Made by a program: the position numbers and the translations under genes. Shown here one piece after another: positions 37,478 to 47,191 of a DNA stretch of 55,371 nucleotides (its first letter is position 1; every line of letters starts with the position of its first letter). This DNA comes from a virus (Duplodnaviria > Caudoviricetes): the IMG/VR virus record IMGVR_UViG_3300025133_000132, positions 1-55,371 of that record. One strand, 5' to 3'. Below the pieces are notes generated by a model that saw only the letters and a program-made list of their open reading frames with translations, was not told the DNA's origin and searched no databases.

Positions 37478-37819
37478 ATGACGGTGACGGAGGTCAGGAT
37501 GCAGGTCGTCTCCCCAGACAAGCTCGATACCGCTGCGATCGTTGCCCTTGAGGCGGCACCCACCCTGGTCACCGACGGCATCGAGACCATCAAGTTCACC
37601 GAAGCGGTGATGTGGTGGTTCACCGGCGGGACGAGCGCCACGATCACGTACTACGTGTACTCGGAGTCCTCGGGAGCCTGGGCCCCGGTGGGGACGGAGG
37701 CCTTCACCGGGAGCAAGGCAGTGCTCCAGCAGGCCGGAGGTGCCCGTATGCACGCTCGCATCACCACCCACGGCGGCGGCTCCTACAAGCGGAGCTTCCA
37801 GCGACTGCGAGGGTCCTGA
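37478..37819 (+). CDS. Hypothetical beta-rich protein
   Basis: Codon bias; start may be ATG 37499 (GGAGG RBS). Confidence 0.65.
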   Translation: MTVTEVRMQVVSPDKLDTAAIVALEAAPTLVTDGIETIKFTEAVMWWFTGGTSATITYYVYSESSGAWAPVGTEAFTGSKAVLQQAGGARMHARITTHGGGSYKRSFQRLRGS

Positions 37820-38556
37820 TGTCCTTCCGGGGAATGGACGGCTGCGACATGATCGACCCCGTGGTCCTCGCGGAGGCCGGCTGGAACGCATTCGACCCCT
37901 CGCTGGGGACCACGTCGGGGGACGGTCAGCTCCTGACGGACGCCTCGGACACGGAATACTACGACTGGACCGTGAACACGGGATTGACCGGACACGGCAG
38001 CTTCGGCGACTCCGGGTGTGACGGGAAGAAGAACCTCCAGGACATCGGTGACCCCGCAGGCAAGGCGGGGGTGGAGTTCATCTGGGAGCTGGTCGAGGTC
38101 ACCGCAGGCAACAAGTCCGGGACCGACGAGGGCATCGGCTTCATGGTGGCGAACAGCCACACGGTGACGACCAACGTTGCGACGGTGGTCGGGGGCTTCT
38201 ACGTCGAGACGGCAGACGACGCCCTCCAGCCCATCAACCCGGCGCGGTCTGCGAGCTTCTCCAAGAACACGATCGATCTGGACGACACAGTCACAGACTT
38301 CGCGCCTGCCGTTCTGCACGCGCGCTGCATCTTCGACGATGACACGGCGCAGCCCAAGGTGGCCGGAACGCTGTCTCGCTGGGTCGGAGACGACAGCCCT
38401 GAAGGACACGCTACCTCGACCACGGGAACGGCGGCGCTCAACGGTCAGTGCCTTGCCGGTCCCGGGCTCTGGGTCCCAGCGGCTTCGCCGGCAGCCTCGC
38501 CCCGGTTCAAGGTGCGGGGCTGGTGGCGCTGGATCGAAGAGGCGGTGGTTCCGTAG
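37819..38556 (+). CDS. Hypothetical beta-rich protein (possible receptor-binding/virion accessory protein)
   Basis: TGATG-coupled; T/G/D-rich beta composition. Confidence 0.6.
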   Translation: MSFRGMDGCDMIDPVVLAEAGWNAFDPSLGTTSGDGQLLTDASDTEYYDWTVNTGLTGHGSFGDSGCDGKKNLQDIGDPAGKAGVEFIWELVEVTAGNKSGTDEGIGFMVANSHTVTTNVATVVGGFYVETADDALQPINPARSASFSKNTIDLDDTVTDFAPAVLHARCIFDDDTAQPKVAGTLSRWVGDDSPEGHATSTTGTAALNGQCLAGPGLWVPAASPAASPRFKVRGWWRWIEEAVVP

Positions 38557-38592
38557 TTGCACGAGGGTACCTGATGCCCTACTGTGCCGAGG

Positions 38593-39186
38593 ATGACACT
38601 GGTTGACACCCCCGGCTTCTCGGGTCACGGGAAGCGACCTCGCCCCCCTCTCTTCGGGATGCTCCACTGGACCACGGTCGAGTGGGACTTCGAGGCTGAC
38701 GCGCCCGCAATCCCCTTCGGCGAGCTGGCTGCGAAGCTGCAGAAGCACAACGTGGAGTACAACGCCGTCGGCTGGGTGGATGGAGTTCACCAGCTGGTCC
38801 CCTACGATCACGTCGCCTGGCATGCGGGGAAGGCCCAAGGGGTCCGAGACCCGAACACCACGATGGTCGGATACGCGATCCCCTACGCGTCCCCCAGCTT
38901 CAGCCCCCGAGGGCTCGAGAGGGAGCGCGAGTACCGCTTCTGGGACCGAGCGAACGACAGGTTCCGGACGGCCTGGTACCCACCCATCTCGGCGAAGTGG
39001 CTCGACCAGGCAGTGGAGTACTTCCGCCACGTGCAGGAACAGATGGAGTCGTCGCTGGCTGCGATCTACATGCACCACCAGCTCGATGGCGTGAAGAACG
39101 ACCTTCGGAACCTGGATGCGCAGGAGGGCACTCCGAACTGCGCGTACAGCTACAGCGAGGTCCTCGGCAGGGTCGCGAAGCGATGA
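38593..39186 (+). CDS. N-acetylmuramoyl-L-alanine amidase (Amidase_2-like endolysin)
   Basis: GMLHWT, VHQLVPYDHVAWHAG and IYMHHQLDGVKND Zn-amidase motifs. Confidence 0.7.
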   Translation: MTLVDTPGFSGHGKRPRPPLFGMLHWTTVEWDFEADAPAIPFGELAAKLQKHNVEYNAVGWVDGVHQLVPYDHVAWHAGKAQGVRDPNTTMVGYAIPYASPSFSPRGLEREREYRFWDRANDRFRTAWYPPISAKWLDQAVEYFRHVQEQMESSLAAIYMHHQLDGVKNDLRNLDAQEGTPNCAYSYSEVLGRVAKR

Positions 39187-39563
39187 CAGAGCGAGACCGC
39201 TACGAACTTCAGGCTCGAGAGCTCTACCAGCTTCTCGAGTTCTTCGAGTCTCGGATGCAGGAGGAGGGCTACTTCCTCACGACCGAGCTCCTTCACGAAG
39301 GGAGCGAGTGGGTGTGGCACGGGACCCGTCGGGTGCTTTGGGCACGGCTCTCCTTCATGGAGAAGCCCCTGCCCTGGCGCGAGGTCTGGAAGGGCTACCC
39401 CTATGTGCTCGCGGACATGGCGCTGAAGCTGGCTGATCTGCGAGAGAACGCGGGACGGAAGATGGTCTCGGCGTCGAGTCGGCTCACCACCGGGGTCCAG
39501 GACCTCAAGGGTGTCCTCGCCCTGATGGCGGAGCCGCCCGAGGAGGATGAAGATGAAGCGTGA
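39183..39563 (+). CDS. Hypothetical protein
   Basis: ATGA-coupled. Confidence 0.65.
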   Translation: MTERDRYELQARELYQLLEFFESRMQEEGYFLTTELLHEGSEWVWHGTRRVLWARLSFMEKPLPWREVWKGYPYVLADMALKLADLRENAGRKMVSASSRLTTGVQDLKGVLALMAEPPEEDEDEA

Positions 39564-39789
39564 GAAGCTGGTCGAGTGGCTCCAGTCGAAGACCACAGAC
39601 GAGTTCGCCGTCATCGCTGACGAGGTGAACAGGGAGCGAGTGCGTCGCGCCCCCCCGGGCTCCATGACCGAGAAGACGCGACTACTGCTCGCGGATCTGG
39701 GTAGCGGTCTGTCAGCTCGCGAATGCGCTGAGCGTCACGGCGTGACTCGACAGTACTGCTACAAGCTCCGGAAGAAGCACGGGCTCTAG
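39553..39789 (+). CDS. HTH DNA-binding protein
   Basis: GLSARECAERHGVTRQYCYKLRK. Confidence 0.7.
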   Translation: MKREKLVEWLQSKTTDEFAVIADEVNRERVRRAPPGSMTEKTRLLLADLGSGLSARECAERHGVTRQYCYKLRKKHGL

Positions 39790-40409
39790 CCCGCCTGCCC
39801 CATCCCTCGCAGGTTCGTCTTGTCGTCGCCACAGCCCGACATCACGATGTCGCTCAGCTCGTAGACGAGGACGCGCTTCCCGCCACCGAGCTCGATCAGG
39901 GCGGCCTTCGTGGGACTCGCGCACTGCTTGATCGCGTTCGCGGCAGCGACGTACATCTTGCTCAGGGTCTCGTACTCGACGCGGTGCTCACGTCCCGAGC
40001 CGGAGACGAAGGTCGCCGTCGGCTTGCCGGTGGGTGCCGGGGCCTGGATCGGGCTCGCCACGGGCTCAGGGGGGCGGACCGCCTTCGGCGGGGTCTTCGG
40101 CGTCCCATCGGTGATCGGGGGGATCATCGGACCGAGGGCGGCGATGCGCTTCTCGATCGCGCTGAGGACGGTGGCTCGAGGAGTCTCCCGCCCCTTCTCG
40201 CTGGCGTGCATGGTGCGGAGCGTGTCGAGGTCGTCCGTGGCCGTGATGTTCTTGCGCACGTCGGCGACACGCCCATCGACCAGGGGGTGAACCTTCTCCG
40301 CGACGGGCGGGATGGTGGTCACCGGCGTGACGGGGGACTCGGCCACAGGGGGGCTTCCGGGAGGGTCGTCGGTCCAGGGGTCGTCGGGGGCGGTCTCGAA
40401 GATCAGCAT
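39786..40409 (-). CDS. Hypothetical Pro-rich protein with a small helical domain
   Basis: GAGG RBS before ATG 40409; DLDTLRTMHASEKGRETPRATVLSAIEKRI helical motif. Confidence 0.65.
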   Translation of the reverse strand: MLIFETAPDDPWTDDPPGSPPVAESPVTPVTTIPPVAEKVHPLVDGRVADVRKNITATDDLDTLRTMHASEKGRETPRATVLSAIEKRIAALGPMIPPITDGTPKTPPKAVRPPEPVASPIQAPAPTGKPTATFVSGSGREHRVEYETLSKMYVAAANAIKQCASPTKAALIELGGGKRVLVYELSDIVMSGCGDDKTNLRGMGQAG

Positions 40410-40468
40410 GGGTTGCCTCGGTTGTTGGTTGCGCGTGTAGGCTATAGACCGCACGAGAGGCTGTAAAG

Positions 40469-41023
40469 TTGGCAGGAGCATCACCACCCCGTTCGGTCCG
40501 CCTTCCATCCAAGCTGGACAAGCGGGTCTGCGAGGAGCTCGGGGCCGATGGGAACTTCAACCAATTCGTGATCGAAGCCCTCTGGCTGAAGCTCACGAAG
40601 GAGGAGAGCAAGGCCAGGGCGCACGAGTATCGAGAGCTCAACCTCACCCCGGGCAGGAGCTCGAGCGTGGACGACATGATGGAGTGGATCCTCGCTCGTC
40701 AGCCGCTCGTCTGGGACATGATGACGGTGGAGGGAGAGCTCGACTCTCGGGTGGTGCGGGCCGTGAGGAAGGAGCTCCCACCCACCCAGGCCCGCCGGGT
40801 GGTCTTCCGGTTCAAGGGGCTCACCCTGGAGGAGATCGGAAGGAAGGAGGGCTGCAGCAAGCAAGCCGTCCACACCAGCCTGTCCCGAGGCCTGGACGCG
40901 CTCTCGCAGAGTACCGGGTTCGCTGGCACCCTGTTGAGGGTGCTCTCTCGTGACGAGGACTCCTACGAGGGGCTCACGCCCGAGGTCCTCGTACAAGCGG
41001 TGAGGGAACGTCGTGGACGATGA
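40469..41023 (+). CDS. Putative transcription regulator (RHH-like N-terminus + sigma70 region-4-like HTH)
   Basis: RSVRLPSKLDKRV...NFNQFVIEAL; LPPTQARRVVFRFKGLTLEEIGRKEGCSKQAVHTSLSRG. Confidence 0.65.
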   Translation: MAGASPPRSVRLPSKLDKRVCEELGADGNFNQFVIEALWLKLTKEESKARAHEYRELNLTPGRSSSVDDMMEWILARQPLVWDMMTVEGELDSRVVRAVRKELPPTQARRVVFRFKGLTLEEIGRKEGCSKQAVHTSLSRGLDALSQSTGFAGTLLRVLSRDEDSYEGLTPEVLVQAVRERRGR

Positions 41024-41399
41024 GAAGGCCCCCTACTTCGAGAAGGCCCCCTACTTCGCCGCCGAGATCGACCTCACCACGAAGGAGGGTGTTCTCAAGG
41101 CGCTGAGCGACCTGGCCGAGGCCTTCCGCACCAGGAAGATGAACGCTCGTGAGGTCAACGCTCTTCGCCAGATCATCAAGGCGGCTCACGAGGCCCACGG
41201 GGAGGCAGAAGTCCCAGCGAAGCTCGAGCCGGTCAAGCAGGGCCGGAAGGGGGTGGAGGACACAGGCCCCCCCGTCGGTCCCGAGATCACGGCGAGTGGC
41301 CCGATGACCACCTCCCCGCCCAAGATCGTGGTGGCAGAGACGCAGCCCGAGACCGGCGTGTGGGCGCACGCTCCCGGTGAGGGGCAGGGGGGATGGTGA
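41013..41399 (+). CDS. Putative terminase small subunit
   Basis: Position directly upstream of and overlapping terL; no sequence motif recognised. Confidence 0.4.
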   Translation: MDDEKAPYFEKAPYFAAEIDLTTKEGVLKALSDLAEAFRTRKMNAREVNALRQIIKAAHEAHGEAEVPAKLEPVKQGRKGVEDTGPPVGPEITASGPMTTSPPKIVVAETQPETGVWAHAPGEGQGGW

Positions 41400-43030
41400 C
41401 GCAAGAGCTGGTCCGCCCCGGCGAAGAGGGCTTCTGGGACCCGGGGCGTTTCCTGCCGATGACTAGGATCCGCCCGAAGGTCGGAGGCGAGGTTCCCTTC
41501 GAGCTCTGGGACCACCAGCAGCTTCTTCGAGCCGCCGTGCTCCGGTGCTACGCGGAGAGGAAGTGGCTGGTCCACATCAAGCCGCGCCAGGAGGGCTCGA
41601 GCACCTTCTTCACGGGGGTCGTCTACCAGAACGTCGCGTACCGGCGGGGCTGCTACGGGGCGATCGTCGCCCACACGAAGGACCAGGCCTACAAGCTGAA
41701 CAAGATCGCGATGCGCTTCTGGAAGACCACGCCCAGGTCTGTCCGGGTTCCTCGCGACACCCAGCTCAAGCGGCTGCTCGAGTTCCCCGACCGGGACTCC
41801 CTCCTCTCGGTGGCCTCGGTTCAGGACGACGAGCCTCTCCGTGGAGACACGGCTCAGGTCGTTCTCGCGACGGAGATCAGCGCGAAGCAGTGGGAGCAGA
41901 GGCAGGATGCGTGGATCTCCATCCTGAACGCTGTCCCTGGTCCCGAGGAGGGCGGCCTGCTCTTCGCGGAGTCCACCCCTCGCCGCTTCGGGGACCAGCT
42001 CCACCTGACGCTCCAGGAGGCCCAGGAGCCTGGCTCCCGCTGGCTGCCGGTCTTCATCCCCTGGACGATGATCAAGCAGTACGCGCAGGACCCGCCCCCG
42101 AAGTGGAGGCCCCGGCGAGAGGTGCTCGACTACGCGAACGAGTACGGGCTCAGCCCGGCGCAGGCCTACTACCTGCAGACGGTGCTCCTACCGAAGTGCC
42201 GAGGGAAGTGGGGGAAGCTGCGGGCCGAGTACCCCATCACCCTCACGGACGCGTTCGGCCTGGCTGGGGACCCCATCTTCGACGACGCGGTCCTCATCAA
42301 GTGGCTGAAGAACATCGACGGGGGAACGGGCGTACTCGCTGAGATCGACGAGTACGTGGAGTTCAAGCCTCCCGTGAAGGACCATCGGTACGTCGTCTGC
42401 ATCGACCCGGCTTCGGGCTTCACCCGTCGAGACCTCTTCGGCCTGGTGGTCATGGACCTCACCGCATGCGAGGTGGTGGCGGAGTTCCTGGGTCATCGTC
42501 AGGCTGGAGCGATGGCGAGCCTGGCCGCGAGGCTTGGGTACCGGTACGGGCGGGCGATGATCTACGTCGAGGCGAACGGTGTCGGCGAGGGGGTGCTCAG
42601 CCACCTGGTCGAGGTCGAGGGCTACTCGAACATCTTCTGCCGGAAGAGCTCGGACACGATGCGCGACGGGGGCGAGAGCATCCCGGGCTGGTGGAACGGG
42701 GCGAACCAGAAGGCTGCCGCGATCTCCTTCCTCCAGGACATCGTCACGGACGAGTCGCTGATCCTCCACTCGGTCAGACTGTTGCGCCAGCTGGTGAATT
42801 ACCGAGGGGGCTGGGAGAAGCGCAACCGGGACAGCTCTGACGGGCACTTCGATCTTGTTGCTGCACTGGCTATGGCTGCGTGGGCATACTTCCACGAAGT
42901 CCGGGCTGGACGAATCCGCAAAGAGCGGAGCGAGCGCGAGCAAGCCAGTGAGAACTGGAAGCGCGTCCTGAAGAAGCTGAAGGGCATCGAGGACAAGGCT
43001 CAGAACACCCGCTGGGGCAACCACAGGTAG
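41393..43030 (+). CDS. terL: Terminase large subunit
   Basis: HQQ, IKPRQEGSST (Walker A), VVLATE, AESTP, VFIPW, EYP, nuclease CIDPASG, VEANGVG, DGHFDLVAA. Confidence 0.92.
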   Translation: MVTQELVRPGEEGFWDPGRFLPMTRIRPKVGGEVPFELWDHQQLLRAAVLRCYAERKWLVHIKPRQEGSSTFFTGVVYQNVAYRRGCYGAIVAHTKDQAYKLNKIAMRFWKTTPRSVRVPRDTQLKRLLEFPDRDSLLSVASVQDDEPLRGDTAQVVLATEISAKQWEQRQDAWISILNAVPGPEEGGLLFAESTPRRFGDQLHLTLQEAQEPGSRWLPVFIPWTMIKQYAQDPPPKWRPRREVLDYANEYGLSPAQAYYLQTVLLPKCRGKWGKLRAEYPITLTDAFGLAGDPIFDDAVLIKWLKNIDGGTGVLAEIDEYVEFKPPVKDHRYVVCIDPASGFTRRDLFGLVVMDLTACEVVAEFLGHRQAGAMASLAARLGYRYGRAMIYVEANGVGEGVLSHLVEVEGYSNIFCRKSSDTMRDGGESIPGWWNGANQKAAAISFLQDIVTDESLILHSVRLLRQLVNYRGGWEKRNRDSSDGHFDLVAALAMAAWAYFHEVRAGRIRKERSEREQASENWKRVLKKLKGIEDKAQNTRWGNHR

Positions 43031-43035
43031 GACCG

Positions 43036-44865
43036 ATGGACACTGGACTGAAGCGGTACGAAGACCCCGAGAAGATCGACAAGGACCCGGCACGCTTCGC
43101 CTCGAAGCTCACGCTCCTCATCAAGGAGACCTCCCGGACCTACGAGAACCATCGGGCAGACGATGACGTTCGGAACCTGGCCTACTACCGGGGCCACTTC
43201 TGGACCGGCGACGGTCACTCGAACCTCGGCCGCTCGAAGGACTACCGCGCTGCCCAGAACGAGGTGTTCCCCATCGTGGACACCATCCAGAGCTCGCTCG
43301 CGATGGACCTGCCCCAGTGCGAGCTGCTTCGTCAGACGAACACGCACATGCGCGAGTTCAACCGGACGAACGACCCGGCGTTCCAGGGTCGCCGCGTGGC
43401 CGCCTGTCTGAACTGGATGGCGGAGGAGGGCGACCTCGACGAGGTGACTCAGGAGTGGGTCCTGCACGCCCTCATCTTCCCGAAGGGGGTGGTCAAGACG
43501 GCGTGGTCGGCGTCCCTGGGCCGGACCATCTGGGAGAACAAGCTGCCGTGGGAGGTCTTCTTCGACCCGAACGCGAAGCACCCGTCCAAGGCGTCGTGGG
43601 TCTTCGAGTACATGAGCGTGCACTGGTCCGAGTGGAAGCGTCGGCTGAAGGCGGGCGTCTACAACCTCCAGGAGGGGAAGGGCAACATCCGCCCGGACAG
43701 CTACCCCCGCTCCCTGGTGGACAAGAGCGCGAACGACCTCGACGCCTACGAGCAGCGTCTCCGGAAGGGGGGGCTGAAGGAGTACGTCCAGATCGTCGAG
43801 TTCTGGGACTTCCGGACCGGCATGGTCCACCACATCCACCTGGGCACGTCCCAGATCCTGATGTCGGCGAAGGCTCCGTACTCGCGCCCGTACGAGGTCC
43901 TGGTCTTCCACCCCGGGGTTGGCCGCATCGACGGCGTGTCCGACGTGGACCTGATGGCTCCGGTCCAGCGGGACATCAACGAGCTGGTGAGCGCCCGGCG
44001 GGAGATCGTTCACCGTCTCGTGCGCCGCATGATCATCGACCGAGGGCTCTTTCAGAACGAGGACGACTTCGCGACGTTCAAGAACGCGAAGACCTGGGAG
44101 CCCACCCTGGTGGATGTCCCGGCGATGAAGGAGATCGCCAAGCACATCTTCGTGACCCCAGAGATGGACACCACCTACGCCTTCAAGGACCACCTGCACG
44201 GAGACATGGAGACGGTCCGTCGTCTCGCTGGCGAGGCGGACTACCAGCGCGGGGTCCAGAAGAACATCCGGACAGCTGCGGAGTTCGAGGGCATCCGGGC
44301 TTCCATCGAGGGACGGATGAACACGCGCGTCGCGCGCCTCACGAAGGGCGTGACCCGCCTCTTCCGGAAGGGGCTCGAGACGCTCCAGTGGGCGGTCCGG
44401 AACCAGGAGGCGAGCCGGATCGACTACCAGGGGCTGGTCTTCGCAACCCAGGAGGACACTCCTGCGCAGGTCCTGGCCCAGGACATCCTGAATCAGACCC
44501 CTCGCTTCCGGCTCCTACCCTTCAGCCCCCTGATGGAGGACAAGGTCGTCCGGCGGAAGCACCTGGCGGACCTGGTGAAGGAGGTCTTCATGAGGCTCCC
44601 CGACGAGGAGAAGGTCATGAACTGGCGCGAGGTCCTGCGGGAGCTCGTCTCCGAGTACGGTCTCCGACCGAGCCTCCTGCACGCCGAGGAGGAGTCCGAA
44701 GGCCTCGTCAAGGCAGAGACCGAGGCAGCTGGAGCGGTGGCAGGTCCCCCGGGGATGCCCCCGGGAATGCCTGGCGCTCCACCCCCGGGTCTCCCGGTTC
44801 CTGAGCCCGGTCCCCCTGCAGGAATCCAGAGCGGGGCTCCGCTGCCCCTTCGGATCGCAGGTTGA
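43036..44865 (+). CDS. Portal protein
   Basis: 609 aa directly after terL; YYRG..W, GVVK, PWEVFFDPNA and RTAAE motifs of podovirus-type portals; Pro-rich tail. Confidence 0.85.
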   Translation: MDTGLKRYEDPEKIDKDPARFASKLTLLIKETSRTYENHRADDDVRNLAYYRGHFWTGDGHSNLGRSKDYRAAQNEVFPIVDTIQSSLAMDLPQCELLRQTNTHMREFNRTNDPAFQGRRVAACLNWMAEEGDLDEVTQEWVLHALIFPKGVVKTAWSASLGRTIWENKLPWEVFFDPNAKHPSKASWVFEYMSVHWSEWKRRLKAGVYNLQEGKGNIRPDSYPRSLVDKSANDLDAYEQRLRKGGLKEYVQIVEFWDFRTGMVHHIHLGTSQILMSAKAPYSRPYEVLVFHPGVGRIDGVSDVDLMAPVQRDINELVSARREIVHRLVRRMIIDRGLFQNEDDFATFKNAKTWEPTLVDVPAMKEIAKHIFVTPEMDTTYAFKDHLHGDMETVRRLAGEADYQRGVQKNIRTAAEFEGIRASIEGRMNTRVARLTKGVTRLFRKGLETLQWAVRNQEASRIDYQGLVFATQEDTPAQVLAQDILNQTPRFRLLPFSPLMEDKVVRRKHLADLVKEVFMRLPDEEKVMNWREVLRELVSEYGLRPSLLHAEEESEGLVKAETEAAGAVAGPPGMPPGMPGAPPPGLPVPEPGPPAGIQSGAPLPLRIAG

Positions 44866-44899
44866 CCTCTGGACTACAAACACCTGACAGGAGTTCCTC

Positions 44900-45214
44900 G
44901 TGAAGGATGAGCCCGAAGTCGAGACCGAAGAAGAGACCGAAGAAGAGACCTCCGAGGAGGCCTCGGACGAGAGCTCCGTCGAGAAGAAGTACAGCTACCA
45001 GGCCGAGGTGAAGAAGCCCGAGGTCATGGATGGCGTCTGGAGGGCCCACGATGCCTTCTGCGCCGTCGTCCGCCGGATCCTGAAGGACGAGCCGGACGGA
45101 GCCGCCGAGCTCCTGGAGGGGGTCTGTGACGCCCACGGGGAGCACCTCAAGCAGCTCACGAAGGGAGCCACGGCGGAGGACCTCGGCCTGAGCGAGCCCG
45201 TCGAGGACTACTAG
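44900..45214 (+). CDS. Acidic hypothetical protein
   Basis: AGGAG RBS; ETEE repeats. Confidence 0.65.
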   Translation: MKDEPEVETEEETEEETSEEASDESSVEKKYSYQAEVKKPEVMDGVWRAHDAFCAVVRRILKDEPDGAAELLEGVCDAHGEHLKQLTKGATAEDLGLSEPVEDY

Positions 45215-45762
45215 TGCCCTGCTACGAGCACGTCTGTGACTGCGGTTGGAAGACCGAAGACCTCTACCGTCGTCACCACGACGCGCCGGACACCGATGTG
45301 CCTGTGGCACTGGAGTGCCCGAGCTGTGGTGGAAGGGCAACCAGGCCGGTCAGCAAGACCTACGTGAACGGTCCCGTCTTCGAGGGGCTCGAGCGTTTCA
45401 ACAACGCCCTGGTCCCCCACAAGATGAGGAAGGAGCGGGTCGAGGTCATCGACGGCGAGCTGTGCGAGGTCGGTCCCCTCGAGCTCAAGACGGCGAAGGA
45501 CATCGAGCGGTTCGAGGAGTCCCAGGGGCTTGTTCGCACCGAGCCCGGCTCCGACCGATGGAACCAGGTCATCGAAGCCCAGAAGGACGACGCCTCCAGC
45601 ATCGAGGCAGCGGTCCGTACGGGCGGGATGGATGGCGGGGGTGACTACATCGCAAAGACCGAGATCCAGGAGTCTCTTGGCTGGGGCGAGACCCGGTACA
45701 ACACCTGGAAGAGTCAGACCGACGAAGCCCAGAGGAGCTACGATGCCGATGCAGCCGGGTGA
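45214..45762 (+). CDS. FmdB-like zinc-ribbon protein
   Basis: MPCYEHVCDCG...ECPSCGGRATR. Confidence 0.7.
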   Translation: MPCYEHVCDCGWKTEDLYRRHHDAPDTDVPVALECPSCGGRATRPVSKTYVNGPVFEGLERFNNALVPHKMRKERVEVIDGELCEVGPLELKTAKDIERFEESQGLVRTEPGSDRWNQVIEAQKDDASSIEAAVRTGGMDGGGDYIAKTEIQESLGWGETRYNTWKSQTDEAQRSYDADAAG

Positions 45763-46285
45763 GTTCAGCGAAGAGCAGCTGATGAGCATGCCGCTCGAAG
45801 ATCTCGAGTCCATCGTCCTCGGCAAGGCGCAGAACCTGGGCAAGCTCGCTGGCGAGCAGGACATGGCCGCGCCCGCGCCCGTTCCTGGTGCGGTTCCGCC
45901 GCCCCCTGGGCCGGATCTCTCGAACGAGGGGATGATCGACCCCACGCTCGTGATGGCGGCCACGACGAAGCTCGCCCAGCTCGGACTTCCGGTGCAGCCG
46001 AGCGAGACACTTTCCCCGGATGTCGTCCGGGCGTTGCAGGGCGCGCTGGACAGCACGTCTCCGGGGTTGTACAACCTCAGCAACCCCGACGATTTGGAGG
46101 AAGTGCTGAATGGCATCTCGAACGGACAACTCCTCGACGACCTTGCCGGAGGAGCAGCCCCCGCTCCCGCTGGCGGACTCCCCGGAGCCCCTGGTGGAGG
46201 ACTCCCCGGAGGCCCCGCCGCCCCAGCTGGTGGACCCGTCCCTCCAGTCCCCGGAGGACTCCCCGCCCCCGTCCCCGGAATCTGA
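45743..46285 (+). CDS. Hypothetical head-region protein with a Gly/Pro tail
   Basis: GAGGAG RBS before ATG 45743. Confidence 0.65.
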   Translation: MPMQPGEFSEEQLMSMPLEDLESIVLGKAQNLGKLAGEQDMAAPAPVPGAVPPPPGPDLSNEGMIDPTLVMAATTKLAQLGLPVQPSETLSPDVVRALQGALDSTSPGLYNLSNPDDLEEVLNGISNGQLLDDLAGGAAPAPAGGLPGAPGGGLPGGPAAPAGGPVPPVPGGLPAPVPGI

Positions 46286-47135
46286 GCCGGAGCCGGAGTT
46301 CGACCCGGAGACCCTCGTCCAGGACGAGCCGGACCCTGTCGAGCTCGACGACGCACAGCCGGAGCCCGAGCCCGAAGCAGCGTCTGAGCCCGAGACGATC
46401 GAGGCCTGGCTCGAAGAGCTCAAGCTCGAAGAGGTCGAGACGTTCGAGTCCGTCGCCCTGGACTGGGTCCCGGAAGGCATGGCTCGGGACCGGGTGAAGA
46501 CCCTGCTTGCGAAGGCGGACGCCCGTGTCGAGGAGACACGCCTCACCACCTCGGTGAAGAACGACGAGCTGGAATCCCAGGCGGCGGCTCTCTCCTCCCA
46601 GACCGAAGCCCTTCGTCGGCTCACGGACACGCTCGAGTCGGGGACGGACCTGAAGGACGTGGAGGAGTACAAGACGACGATGGCGTCGAACCAGCTCTTT
46701 GCGTCGCAGGTCACGAAGATGTCCTGGCAAGCGTTCGACATGGCGTACCCGGACTGGAACAAGGCTCCGAAGGAGCAGCACGCCATCTTCGGGGAGATCA
46801 TCCAGGGCAACGAGGAGAAGGGGATCGCCCCCAGGCTCATGGAGATGCCGGGCGAGACCTACTTCGACAAGATGGAGGAGGCCTGGAGGTACGCCGCGTA
46901 CACCTCGGGGAGCCCGAAGCCCACCCGGGGCAAGGGATCTTCTCCGACAACGACTGCGACGCCTCCCGCCGCTCCCCAGGCACCTGCCGGACCCACGGAC
47001 GCGCAGAAGGCCGCCGCTGCGATCGGCGGGGACGCAGGGCCCCCGAGCACGCCGATGCGGACCGTGCACGAGCGGGACATGGACGAGATCATGGACGAGC
47101 ACGACCACTACCTGGAGGATGGTCGGATCAGCTGA
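46110..47135 (+). CDS. Putative scaffolding protein
   Basis: Acidic/Pro-rich N-terminus, coiled coil, directly upstream of the capsid gene; GGAGG RBS. Confidence 0.65.
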   Translation: MASRTDNSSTTLPEEQPPLPLADSPEPLVEDSPEAPPPQLVDPSLQSPEDSPPPSPESEPEPEFDPETLVQDEPDPVELDDAQPEPEPEAASEPETIEAWLEELKLEEVETFESVALDWVPEGMARDRVKTLLAKADARVEETRLTTSVKNDELESQAAALSSQTEALRRLTDTLESGTDLKDVEEYKTTMASNQLFASQVTKMSWQAFDMAYPDWNKAPKEQHAIFGEIIQGNEEKGIAPRLMEMPGETYFDKMEEAWRYAAYTSGSPKPTRGKGSSPTTTATPPAAPQAPAGPTDAQKAAAAIGGDAGPPSTPMRTVHERDMDEIMDEHDHYLEDGRIS

Positions 47136-47191
47136 TCTGGATTGACGGCTCTCCGCAGGGATGAAACACGCCCTCTGCGGAGAGAACCCAG

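Noticed and set aside
23460-44950. Short in-frame tandem duplications (23460 TRAPTV x2; 36700 RGQN x2; 41022 EKAPYF x2; 44921 ETEE x3)
   Set aside because: Unrelated to each other and consistent with ordinary slippage in flexible protein regions.
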